IMG/VR virus record: IMGVR_UViG_2706795377_000001
Coordinates: 116,360-134,270 of that record
Length of the DNA: 17,911 nucleotides
Direction: 5' to 3' (one strand)
Origin: a virus
Lineage: Duplodnaviria > Heunggongvirae > Uroviricota > Caudoviricetes
Shown here piece after piece: positions 1 through 7,385 of the stretch. The notes under the pieces are model-generated. The model worked only from the letters and a program-made list of their open reading frames with translations. It made no database searches and was not told the DNA's origin. Within the stretch, counting starts at the first letter, position 1; each line of letters begins with the position of its first letter. Both the position numbers and the translations under genes were made by a program.

Positions 1-425
1 TGGAAGTCAATTTGACCGCCAATACGAACCACATCACCATCTTTCAGATTGGATACAATGTAATCAATAGCATCGTATTCAACCATAACTTTTCGAATAT
101 TCTTTCCATCTTCACCTTTTTCAAGGTACAAGTTTACACCTAACACTTTGTAGTCGCCATGATTGTCATTGCGTTTCGCCCAATCAATCTTCTTCGTTGT
201 TTTCGCCTTCTGACTGTATGCACTAACTTGGTCTTTGACCATGCCAAACAGCTCAATCTTCACGCGATTCGACTTAGATGTTTGAATGAAAAACGTAATC
301 GACTTGTATGCCTTCTCAGATGTTTTGGTGTACCCTTCTCGTTTGGCGTTCTCGTTACTAATTCCAGTAACAACCCCCACCAATTTGATTTTACCTTTGG
401 TTTGTTCTAGTGCTGTTTTGCTCAC
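1..425 (-). CDS. Partial CDS (continues beyond window start); phage protein, possibly OB-fold ssDNA-binding/replication protein
   Basis: Open frame from GTG at 425 (MSKTALEQTKGKIKLVGVVTGISNENAKREGYTKTSEKAYKSITFFIQTSKSNRVKIELFG...) to the window edge; GGAGAG RBS 8 nt upstream; absent from the ORF track because it has no stop in the window. Product guessed from beta-rich pattern and position only. Confidence 0.7.
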   Translation of the reverse strand, partial: MSKTALEQTKGKIKLVGVVTGISNENAKREGYTKTSEKAYKSITFFIQTSKSNRVKIELFGMVKDQVSAYSQKAKTTKKIDWAKRNDNHGDYKVLGVNLYLEKGEDGKNIRKVMVEYDAIDYIVSNLKDGDVVRIGGQIDF

Positions 426-600
426 TTGTACATCTCTCCGTAACGTATGTGTATTTGGTAGCCCCAACCGACTGCCACCATTTGCCCAAACCTTACGTTT
501 GAACCCTTAATGTTAGGAGATAGTACTTTATTTAGCTTTTTATGATTTTATTAAATCGGTGAGGACGGTTATTGATACAACCGTCGCCCCCGACATAATC

Positions 601-629
601 ATAATACTATATTTGGCTTTTGTAGTCAA
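601..629 (-). promoter_or_regulatory. sigmaA-type promoter TTGACT-N17-TATTAT
   Basis: Minus strand reads ttgact acaaaagccaaatatag tattat, pointing to the CDS starting at 425. Confidence 0.7.
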
Positions 630-736
630 CAGTTAATTTTAAATTTCTTTTCTGCTATTATATTAACATAGACAATCAACTATGTAAAGCAGTCATTGTC
701 TTTGGCTGTGTGTTTGTAAAATATACCGTTTACACA

Positions 737-1183
737 TTATCCGAATCTGAACTCAATCAGAGTAACAAGTTCGGATAATGTGTAGTCTGCTCTATTCTTT
801 GAAACATATTTGTACATGCCTTCAAGTGTTAACTTCCTATTTTCTAAGATAGGTAATATTTTATTTAGTTTTTCTTTGTCAAACATGCCACCAAATAATT
901 TATCCATGCACACCTTCTTCTGTTCATATGTACTCGCGTCTATGTAGTCTTTTGAGAAGTCAGCGTATGTTTGATACAAACTTCTTTCCTTCATGTAAAC
1001 TTTAAATCTACTTACTAAGCTTAACTGAGTCCGAAATCGACCATCGTTTTCGGTCAGGTATTTACGAAAAACACCCATATTGTTTTCGTCCCCAATTGTG
1101 TCAACTAAGTCTTGAAGGAGATTTCCCTCAAACCCGATATCTTTCAATTCGTTGACCCATTGGCAATTCACTGACTCGACCAT
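737..1183 (-). CDS. Hypothetical protein, 148 aa (probably SOS-regulated)
   Basis: ATG with GAGAGGGG RBS; LexA-like box upstream. Confidence 0.8.
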   Translation of the reverse strand: MVESVNCQWVNELKDIGFEGNLLQDLVDTIGDENNMGVFRKYLTENDGRFRTQLSLVSRFKVYMKERSLYQTYADFSKDYIDASTYEQKKVCMDKLFGGMFDKEKLNKILPILENRKLTLEGMYKYVSKNRADYTLSELVTLIEFRFG

Positions 1184-1270
1184 TATTTTTCCCCTCTCTT
1201 GTTGTGTGTGTTATGTTAGGTATTTTGGCTTATGACCGTAGTTAGATTGTACCACAATTGCGAACAAAAG

Positions 1271-1284
1271 GGAACATACGTTTC
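1271..1284. promoter_or_regulatory. LexA (DinR/Cheo) SOS box
   Basis: GGAACATACGTTTC matches the B. subtilis consensus CGAACRNRYGTTYC at 13/14; it overlaps the expected -35 of a minus-strand extended -10 (TGGTACAAT, 1246-1254). Confidence 0.65.
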
Positions 1285-1395
1285 CGTCTAACAATGGACA
1301 ATTTGATTATACTTTAAACCGTAAGGTTTAATCAATAGCCAAATTATTCTTATTTACATGTAAATACTACCAGTACCACACAACTGAAAATTTTA

Positions 1396-1404
1396 TGCTA
1401 TAAT
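1396..1404 (+). promoter_or_regulatory. Extended -10 sigmaA promoter (TGcTATAAT) for the XRE gene
   Basis: Perfect TGnTATAAT 57 nt upstream of the ATG at 1462; AGGAGGT RBS at 1451-1457. Confidence 0.6.
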
Positions 1405-1461
1405 GTGAAATTGCTAGTATGCTAAAAGGTTAAACCATTCGGTTTTGCTTAGGAGGTAATT

Positions 1462-1899
1462 ATGGCTGAAACACTGAGTAATAAGCACCTGAGTTTAGAA
1501 CATACCCGCACAGAGAAAGAGCAGAGACGGCAAGAATTTGGTATGTTCGTAAAAAATCTACGTAAACAGAACTATAAAACTATAGAAGACGTTGCAAAAC
1601 ATATAGGAGTCTCTATCAATTTTATCAGCCTGATTGAACGCGGTCAAAAACAACCAAGCGACCTCGTTATCAGTGGATATGCTGAGTATTTTGGGGTCGA
1701 TGAAATTCTGTTATATGAAAAGCTGGATAAATTGTCACCTCACATAAAGAATACGCTCAAAGAGCATTCTGGTTTCAAAAAGCTAGTTTCGGAATTACTC
1801 GTGACAGTTGACAATCCAGAACTTAGACAGGAGCTGTATGAAGAGGTTTACAATGTCTATAAAGACTTCTTAGACCGTCACAATATAACCAAGGAGTGA
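1462..1899 (+). CDS. XRE/Cro-CI family helix-turn-helix transcriptional regulator
   Basis: FGMFVKNLRKQNYKTIEDVAKHIGVSINFISLIERGQKQPS is a canonical HTH_3 pattern; strong RBS. Confidence 0.9.
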   Translation: MAETLSNKHLSLEHTRTEKEQRRQEFGMFVKNLRKQNYKTIEDVAKHIGVSINFISLIERGQKQPSDLVISGYAEYFGVDEILLYEKLDKLSPHIKNTLKEHSGFKKLVSELLVTVDNPELRQELYEEVYNVYKDFLDRHNITKE

Positions 1900-1906
1900 T
1901 TTCCTG

Positions 1907-2344
1907 TTGGAAATATGCTACGAAGCATTTTTTAAGTTCCTATCAAAGTATATAGGATATATTAATACTGTAAGAGTCGAAGATACATTTCAAATACTTG
2001 TAGCTTTACTAGTAGGATATATCATTGGGCACTTACGGATGGTTTGTCTTATAAAAAGAGAATACAAATTTACCGATAAACTTAAAAATTTTGTTTATCA
2101 GGTAAATGAATGTGGTGATGTCATTGAGTACACCTTTCGAAAACCAACAAATTTCTTAGAACGTTTGCAGTTCCTAGTTGGCTTATATGCAGTTAGGTTT
2201 AAAAATCGAAATAAGAGACTTTCTTTGTCAACAGCAAACAAAGCGATTTTTATAATGTGTGTTATCTTCATAATACTGACCTCTCTTCTTATGTTAGCTT
2301 TTCTTCTTGCATATAATGTTACACTTGCAGAAGACATTACATAA
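1907..2344 (+). CDS. Putative membrane protein, co-transcribed with the XRE gene
   Basis: TTG start with AAGGAG RBS; hydrophobic stretches ILVALLVGYIIG and AIFIMCVIFIILTSLLMLAFLLAY. Confidence 0.65.
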   Translation: MEICYEAFFKFLSKYIGYINTVRVEDTFQILVALLVGYIIGHLRMVCLIKREYKFTDKLKNFVYQVNECGDVIEYTFRKPTNFLERLQFLVGLYAVRFKNRNKRLSLSTANKAIFIMCVIFIILTSLLMLAFLLAYNVTLAEDIT

Positions 2345-2352
2345 TAAATGCA

Positions 2353-2395
2353 AAATAGAGGAATAAATGCCCATTTAGCATTTATTCCTCTATTT
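2353..2395. terminator. Bidirectional terminator-like hairpin between convergent genes
   Basis: Perfect 18-bp inverted repeat aaatagaggaataaatgc / gcatttattcctctattt with a 7-nt loop. Confidence 0.75.
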
Positions 2396-2399
2396 ATAA

Positions 2400-3368
2400 T
2401 CACTCTGGATACAACTCTGCAACTGTATCCACATTCAAGAAATCTCTGAGCGACCACTTGTATTTAATTCCATAATGTTCGCAAATTTCATCTATTTGTT
2501 TTCTCCCAATTTCACCATCTCGCTTATAAAGCTTATATGCCATATGTATCATCCCACTGCGAGTAATGTTCTTTGATGTTAGCGCGTTCGAGTATTCTTT
2601 GAACGCATCCAATTTTTGCATCATTTCTAAACGTGTATATATAGTATAATGACTCACCTTCTTCCCCTCTTTGTCTTTGTTGGTCTTAGCACTTTTTAAT
2701 ATGTAGTCGGATTTTGGAAGCGCAACAAAATCTTTCACTTTTTCGTGATAGTCAAAATTTCCATTCAGCTTTGCATACTCTTCTTCCTTGTTGGCTAGAA
2801 TAGCCATCTCAATTGTTTTATCTTCAACGTCGATTACTCGCTTAATATTTCCTTTCCCATCACGTAGAGAAATTTTATTATTTACTGCATCTATGTCAGT
2901 TATTTTCAATCCAGTTAATTCACAAACCTGCGTTCCCTGTATTCCTTCCCAAAGCGCTTGTACAATAAAACCGTCTTGTCTGTTAACCAATTCACGAAGA
3001 ATATCATCTTTCTCATAAACATTTATGTAAAGTTTGTTTTCCTGTACAAAGCTATAAAAATACTCTTGTCTTCTACGTATCGGATTCGATATATGTTCAG
3101 AAAAATTATTATCTATAGACCACTGAATATATGAACTCAAAACATTGCAATATGTTCTAGCACTTTCTTTAGTTTTTGGCTTTAGTTGATTTTCGATAAA
3201 AATTGCTAAATCTTCTTCACCAAAATTATAGAGGTCTTTATTTCTTTTCTGCTCCATTTCAGCAGACTTTTTAAAAATTCTTGAATACACATCTTTCGTA
3301 TCATCATTATCGAACCTATTTAAAAACAATTCTTTAACTGAGCTGTTGAAAAATACCTCAATGGTCAC
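2400..3368 (-). CDS. mrpR: SPbeta YopR/MrpR (SroF)-like master repressor; tyrosine-recombinase fold, probably catalytically dead
   Basis: 322 aa. Blocks FNSSVKELFL, KDLYNF, YIQWSI, KLYI, LVNRQ, LWEGIQG..CEL, DYILK, LTSKNITRSG, AYKLYK..G are colinear with SPbeta YopR as recalled; lies directly downstream of a DUF262 gene as in SPbeta. GTG start with AAGGGAG RBS. Confidence 0.8.
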   Translation of the reverse strand: MTIEVFFNSSVKELFLNRFDNDDTKDVYSRIFKKSAEMEQKRNKDLYNFGEEDLAIFIENQLKPKTKESARTYCNVLSSYIQWSIDNNFSEHISNPIRRRQEYFYSFVQENKLYINVYEKDDILRELVNRQDGFIVQALWEGIQGTQVCELTGLKITDIDAVNNKISLRDGKGNIKRVIDVEDKTIEMAILANKEEEYAKLNGNFDYHEKVKDFVALPKSDYILKSAKTNKDKEGKKVSHYTIYTRLEMMQKLDAFKEYSNALTSKNITRSGMIHMAYKLYKRDGEIGRKQIDEICEHYGIKYKWSLRDFLNVDTVAELYPE

Positions 3369-3590
3369 GATTGATTACACTCCCTTGTATTTATTCCCTT
3401 TGCCCTTTTATTATACCCTCGAAATAGATTTTACATTCCCCTTATGTAAAATTATATAACAAATAAAAAGAAAAGGCAAAGGGTGTTTTTGAGATGTAGT
3501 CAACTCGCACACCCTATTTATCATGATGTCTCCCTCGTTTGTCCGCCTTATTCTCTACTTTCTGTATCTATCTCTAATAGGCATTTTATT

Positions 3591-4919
3591 TTATTCATCT
3601 TCATTTTCTGTATCTTCGTCATCTTCATTGCCTTCATTAATTTCATTTTCTTTATTATTCACATTGTTTATTTCAGCTAATTCCTTATCGAATTCTTCAA
3701 CAGCCTTGAATGTATTATTTGCGTTTTTAAGCATTTCAACGAATTTATCAAACGCTTTATTCATTTCATGCAAACGTATGATGACATTATCTTTCTTAGA
3801 AGAGCCAGCTTGGCAAGACGCTCCATAATCACTTTCGACACTATAGTTTGTAACTAAGAAACTACGAATAAAGTCTCCAAATCGAGGTGCTGGCATCTTA
3901 ATTGCAATAGCCTTTTGAGCAACTTGGAAGATAATTGGCACATGTATTTTCTTTAAAGATTTTTTGAGTTCGCTACCATCAAAATCATCAACAGCTTGTG
4001 AGAGATATTTTGAAGTTTCCTCAAACTTAACAACCAGTTCGTCAGAAAGAACCTGTTGAGACTCCTTTAAACGAAGAACAAAATCCTTGATATGACTAGA
4101 ACCAAAACCTTTAAGCTTCTCAACGCCTTCTTCTATTAGCATAGAAATTTGTAAGATAATTTCTTGGTCTACAAATCGGTCACGCGCCTTTTTCGTCATA
4201 GCAATATCTCTTGCGAAAAAGTCAAGACTGGAAATATGATTGATAGTTTCAATAAGTTCGGAATGCATCGCTCTTGTTAATTCAATTTTAGATAAACTCG
4301 AACCACTGTTCAAACGAACAAACATCTCGTCGCGCTCTTCGTCTGTCATATTTTCCATTTTGATGATTTGAATTGTTTCATCATCAATGACATCTCTCAT
4401 GTCTTCTGGCAAGTCCATATACTTGCACCCTGCAATTTTATGACCAAATACATCAGGGGTATCTTTTGCCAAAGCCCAATCGCCATTTCGGAAAGTCATG
4501 ATTGTATGACCTACACGTTGGCGACCATCCAAGAACCAGATATTATCGTCGTTCTTATCTTCGCTTGCCTGAACATATACAGGGGGCACAGGATAACCAT
4601 AAAGTAGAGTGTGTATCAATTTGGAGCGTTGATAATTTGTCCAGACATCATTGCGCTGAATTGTTAAATCAAATCGGAGCAAACCTTTTTTCCAATCTTT
4701 ATATAGAGATTTTACTGTGCGATTGGTGGAAGATTTTTTAAGGCGAGTTTTGCGAACAAAAGGGGCAATTGCTTTATTTTCGGAATCTTGTAAGTTAGGA
4801 TTTACACTCTCTTTGGCAACAACATCAACTTTTTTGTCTTTAACTTTTGGAGTGACTTCTTTTAGGTCTTTATTACTATCAGTTTTTACAATTACATCTG
4901 CATTTTTAACATTTGACAT
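3591..4919 (-). CDS. DUF262 (ParB/sulfiredoxin-like) domain protein, SPbeta YopQ/SroE-like
   Basis: DUF262 signatures IQRNDVW, LIHTLLYGYPVPPVY, LDGRQRV and F.RLNSGSSLS..E; no C-terminal HNH motif seen. Start moved from the track's 4937 to ATG 4919 (MSNVKN) on RBS spacing. Confidence 0.85.
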   Translation of the reverse strand: MSNVKNADVIVKTDSNKDLKEVTPKVKDKKVDVVAKESVNPNLQDSENKAIAPFVRKTRLKKSSTNRTVKSLYKDWKKGLLRFDLTIQRNDVWTNYQRSKLIHTLLYGYPVPPVYVQASEDKNDDNIWFLDGRQRVGHTIMTFRNGDWALAKDTPDVFGHKIAGCKYMDLPEDMRDVIDDETIQIIKMENMTDEERDEMFVRLNSGSSLSKIELTRAMHSELIETINHISSLDFFARDIAMTKKARDRFVDQEIILQISMLIEEGVEKLKGFGSSHIKDFVLRLKESQQVLSDELVVKFEETSKYLSQAVDDFDGSELKKSLKKIHVPIIFQVAQKAIAIKMPAPRFGDFIRSFLVTNYSVESDYGASCQAGSSKKDNVIIRLHEMNKAFDKFVEMLKNANNTFKAVEEFDKELAEINNVNNKENEINEGNEDDEDTENEDE

Positions 4920-4980
4920 AATGTTTCCACCCTTCACTTCTTCGTATTTTATATTTTTATTAAGACTTTTTATGGCTTTA

Positions 4981-5118
4981 CTAATTTCCTATTGATTTTA
5001 CAAGTATTATAAAAACAATAAATATAATATAAGTGATGAGAATATCCTTTGTGAATGCTATTCCAGTAGCCTTTCGATGTATTCTTGAAATTAGCCATTC
5101 CTCTTCGTCATCATTCAC
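4981..5118 (-). CDS. Small membrane peptide, about 45 aa (not in ORF track)
   Basis: GAAGGTG RBS, GTG start, VNDDEEEWLISRIHRKATGIAFTKDILITYIIFIVFIILVKSIGN with one hydrophobic segment; extended -10 TGcTATAAT at 5141-5149. Confidence 0.55.
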   Translation of the reverse strand: MNDDEEEWLISRIHRKATGIAFTKDILITYIIFIVFIILVKSIGN

Positions 5119-5225
5119 ATTCATCACCTTCTTTACAACCATTATAGCACAATTCTAAAATATGTATACTAATCATCAATAAATTGTGATAAATATTTCC
5201 TGTTGTTATAAGATGAATTCCCTTA

Positions 5226-5261
5226 CATATATTAATGTAATTTAGGAACAAAAAATCACAC
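5226..5261 (-). promoter_or_regulatory. 36-bp repeated promoter-like element, copy 1
   Basis: Plus strand catatattaatgtaa tttaggaacaaa aaatcacac; points into the DUF262/mrpR operon. Confidence 0.75.
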
Positions 5262-5597
5262 ACCCTTTATGGAAAAACTTGGACAATAATAATCCCCAAG
5301 ATACTCTTTTCTGTACTCTTCTAGCACATCAGGATGAATTCTACGAGCGACACGAAAAATTTCATTTTCATCTATTTCTAAGTATTGTGCTAATCGAATC
5401 AGCATATCATCGTTAGGGAAATTGTCTCCATTGATGACACCACTAAACCAAGTGCCACTGACACCAAGCACTTCTTTTGCCATGTAATTCCTTGAAAGCC
5501 TTCTTCCACTTTTGATTTTGCCAGACCTCTTCAAGTGTGACTCTCTTTGTGCCATCTTGCATTCAATATATCTCCCCAACTCTACTGCTATATTCAT
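5256..5597 (-). CDS. XRE-family HTH protein
   Basis: LSRNYMAKEVLGVSGTWFSGVINGDNFPNDDMLIRLAQYLEID HTH pattern; last codons (GTG TGA) lie inside motif copy 1. Confidence 0.75.
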   Translation of the reverse strand: MNIAVELGRYIECKMAQRESHLKRSGKIKSGRRLSRNYMAKEVLGVSGTWFSGVINGDNFPNDDMLIRLAQYLEIDENEIFRVARRIHPDVLEEYRKEYLGDYYCPSFSIKGV

Positions 5598-5671
5598 TCA
5601 GTATCAACTTCTCGGAAGAATGATATAATGTTAAGTTCCTCAATGACCTCTTCCCAAATACGATTACCCAT
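5594..5671 (-). CDS. Small ORF, 25 aa (MGNRIWEEVIEELNIISFFREVDTE), translationally coupled to the XRE gene
   Basis: GAGGAGAAAGG RBS; ATGA stop/start overlap at 5594-5597; first ORF after motif copy 2. Confidence 0.55.
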   Translation of the reverse strand: MGNRIWEEVIEELNIISFFREVDTE

Positions 5672-5698
5672 AATACCTTTCTCCTCTCGTTTTATCTT

Positions 5699-5734
5699 CA
5701 TATATTAATGTAGTTTTCAATCGAAAAATCACAC
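5699..5734 (-). promoter_or_regulatory. 36-bp repeated promoter-like element, copy 2
   Basis: catatattaatgtag ttttcaatcgaa aaatcacac. Confidence 0.75.
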
Positions 5735-5744
5735 ACAAATTAAA

Positions 5745-5805
5745 AATACCTGTCAAATAATTGAGCATGTAATTCACTCACATACTCAATTATTTGACAG
5801 GTATT
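5745..5805. terminator. Long inverted repeat / terminator-like hairpin
   Basis: Perfect 21-bp arms aatacctgtcaaataattgag (5745-5765) / ctcaattatttgacaggtatt (5785-5805), between the stop at 5830 and motif copy 2. Confidence 0.65.
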
Positions 5806-5829
5806 CATCTTAAAGTGTTAATTGTTACT

Positions 5830-6453
5830 TTATACTTTATATGTCTTTGGAGCTACATCCCCAATGCCTTTTGTGTGTGGTTCAACCCAAATGGTTTTTC
5901 CACTTTTATAGTGTCTCCAATGACCTTTTACGCGCCAAGATTCAATGTGACGTTCATAAGTTCGTTTATCAAGTGTTGCGTAATGATTGAAGGTGTACTG
6001 AACTGAACTCATTTTAACAGTTCTATTGCCCTTCTTCGCAGACTTTTTACGACTGGGCTTCTTTGTATGATTCTTTGTTATTTTTCTTTCTGTGACAGTG
6101 TGTACATTGTTGTTCATATATTGAAAAGTCGCCATCAGCAAGTGGACAAAGTGCTTTGCATTGGAAAGCTCCTGATTATTAATGGAATCATAGTTGGTAT
6201 TAAAAGAAGCAATAAGATTCTTTGATTCCCATTCATAAATTTTCAAGACCATGCTGTCTTCGTCAAATTTGAAATGAACGCCTGTGTGAAGTTCTCTCTT
6301 TAATAAATCAATATAGTTGCTAGTAACCATGACCCCTTCCAACATTGGAAAGTCAACAGAGTTAAAACGATGATGATTTTTCTCATCCCAATCTAAAATT
6401 GTAACCACATCATCTTCTGACAAAACAATTTTGTCTAGTCTGTCTAAGTTCAT
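5830..6453 (-). CDS. Phage hypothetical protein, 207 aa, basic C-terminus with a VKGHWR...WV.PH.KG motif
   Basis: ATG with AAAGGGG RBS; C-terminal motif of a type recalled from uncharacterised phage proteins. Confidence 0.8.
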   Translation of the reverse strand: MNLDRLDKIVLSEDDVVTILDWDEKNHHRFNSVDFPMLEGVMVTSNYIDLLKRELHTGVHFKFDEDSMVLKIYEWESKNLIASFNTNYDSINNQELSNAKHFVHLLMATFQYMNNNVHTVTERKITKNHTKKPSRKKSAKKGNRTVKMSSVQYTFNHYATLDKRTYERHIESWRVKGHWRHYKSGKTIWVEPHTKGIGDVAPKTYKV

Positions 6454-6501
6454 ATCTTAACACCCCTTTCATTTATATTCACAATCAGAAAATCTCACAC
6501 C

Positions 6502-6669
6502 TTAGTAAGAATCAATGAAATCTTTTGCCTCTTGTAATGTTCCTGCTTCATGCTCAGGATAGCGAAATCCTTCACCATAAATCCATTCATCAGCAGTATA
6601 AACGACGAAATCATTTTCCACTTCCTTGATTTTAAAACCTTTATATGTAATTACATTGCTTTTACTCAT
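6502..6669 (-). CDS. Hypothetical protein, 55 aa (MSKSNVITYKGF...)
   Basis: Start reassigned to ATG 6669 behind an AAAGGAG RBS. Confidence 0.7.
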   Translation of the reverse strand: MSKSNVITYKGFKIKEVENDFVVYTADEWIYGEGFRYPEHEAGTLQEAKDFIDSY

Positions 6670-6703
6670 CTTAATAATTCTCCTTTCATGTTGAACCAAG
6701 GCT

Positions 6704-6871
6704 TTATTTAAATTGTGAATTTATGCAGAACATATATAGCTCATTAACATCCTGATTACTCATTGCATCGAAACCACCTTTATCACGAACAATCTCATCA
6801 ATGATTGGTTTAAGCTTTTTGCTTCTGTCAGCAATTATTTGAATTGCTTTAATCATATCGTGCTTGTCCAT
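6704..6871 (-). CDS. Hypothetical protein, 55 aa (MDKHDMIKAIQIIADRSKKL...; not in ORF track)
   Basis: GGAGA RBS, ATG 6871, TAA 6704; fills the operon gap. Confidence 0.65.
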   Translation of the reverse strand: MDKHDMIKAIQIIADRSKKLKPIIDEIVRDKGGFDAMSNQDVNELYMFCINSQFK

Positions 6872-6908
6872 TTTTGATTCTCCATTCTCAATAAAAGTAA
6901 ACTTCCAT

Positions 6909-7139
6909 TTAGAAGTCCATCATCAACTGCACTCTTTCAAAAGTGCTTAATTCTTTTTCTAAATCAGTAATTTTCACTCTAATCTTATCCATCTTAACCA
7001 TAAGCATGTCAATATCGGTTCCACTTATTTCTGATAGACTAGAATAAAAATCAATAACTTGCTTTGCTTCAACTTCCCAATCTGCAATCCTCTTTTTACT
7101 GTCTTTTTTCATTTTTTGTAACTTTTCTTGATTGGTCAT
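6909..7139 (-). CDS. Hypothetical coiled-coil protein, 76 aa
   Basis: AGGAGGA RBS; helical K/E-rich sequence. Confidence 0.75.
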   Translation of the reverse strand: MTNQEKLQKMKKDSKKRIADWEVEAKQVIDFYSSLSEISGTDIDMLMVKMDKIRVKITDLEKELSTFERVQLMMDF

Positions 7140-7153
7140 TAATTATCCTCCTG

Positions 7154-7321
7154 TCATTTTCTTTCAACCTCTTCGATGATTTCATTCAACGGTTTACGTT
7201 CAGGCTCTTTCATAATCTCAACTTGACCATTTATAATTGGAAAGTGTTTAAGAATATGTTCTTTCATCATTTGTGCCGAATCCTCTGTCGCCAGTGTTAC
7301 AACTACTCTATATTTTTGCAT
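7154..7321 (-). CDS. Hypothetical protein, 55 aa (MQKYRVVV...)
   Basis: AAGGAGG RBS between motif copy 3 and ATG 7321; the longer track start runs through the motif. Confidence 0.7.
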   Translation of the reverse strand: MQKYRVVVTLATEDSAQMMKEHILKHFPIINGQVEIMKEPERKPLNEIIEEVERK

Positions 7322-7348
7322 ATTACAATCCTCCTTAATCTCTTCCTT

Positions 7349-7384
7349 CATATAATAATGTAAAGAAGCGATTGAAAAACACAC
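7349..7384 (-). promoter_or_regulatory. 36-bp repeated promoter-like element, copy 3
   Basis: catataataatgtaa agaagcgattga aaaacacac. Confidence 0.75.
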
Positions 7385-7385
7385 G

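Noticed and set aside
159-510. Plus-strand track ORFs 159-410 and 286-510
   Set aside because: Shadows of the minus-strand CDS 1-425, which has an RBS and promoter.
2400-3368. Active integrase or integron integrase acting on the cassette array
   Set aside because: The catalytic Arg, His and Tyr positions appear substituted, the protein matches the MrpR repressor type, and no attC-like structures flank the genes.
3411-3524. 37-aa ORF between the DUF262 gene and mrpR with a GAGGGAG RBS
   Set aside because: It overlaps a terminator-like hairpin and probable promoter elements and has no recognisable protein features; too weak to call.
2098-4995. Track ORFs 2098-2457, 2788-3018, 3483-3680, 3523-3828, 4368-4607, 4502-4741, 4717-4995
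   Set aside because: Antisense overlaps of well-supported genes, without RBS and with atypical composition.
6470-6500. Seventeenth motif copy (catttatattcacaatcagaaaatctcacac)
   Set aside because: It has the CACAC block and sits before an RBS, but lacks TAATGTA and is 5 nt short; at most a decayed copy, so not counted.
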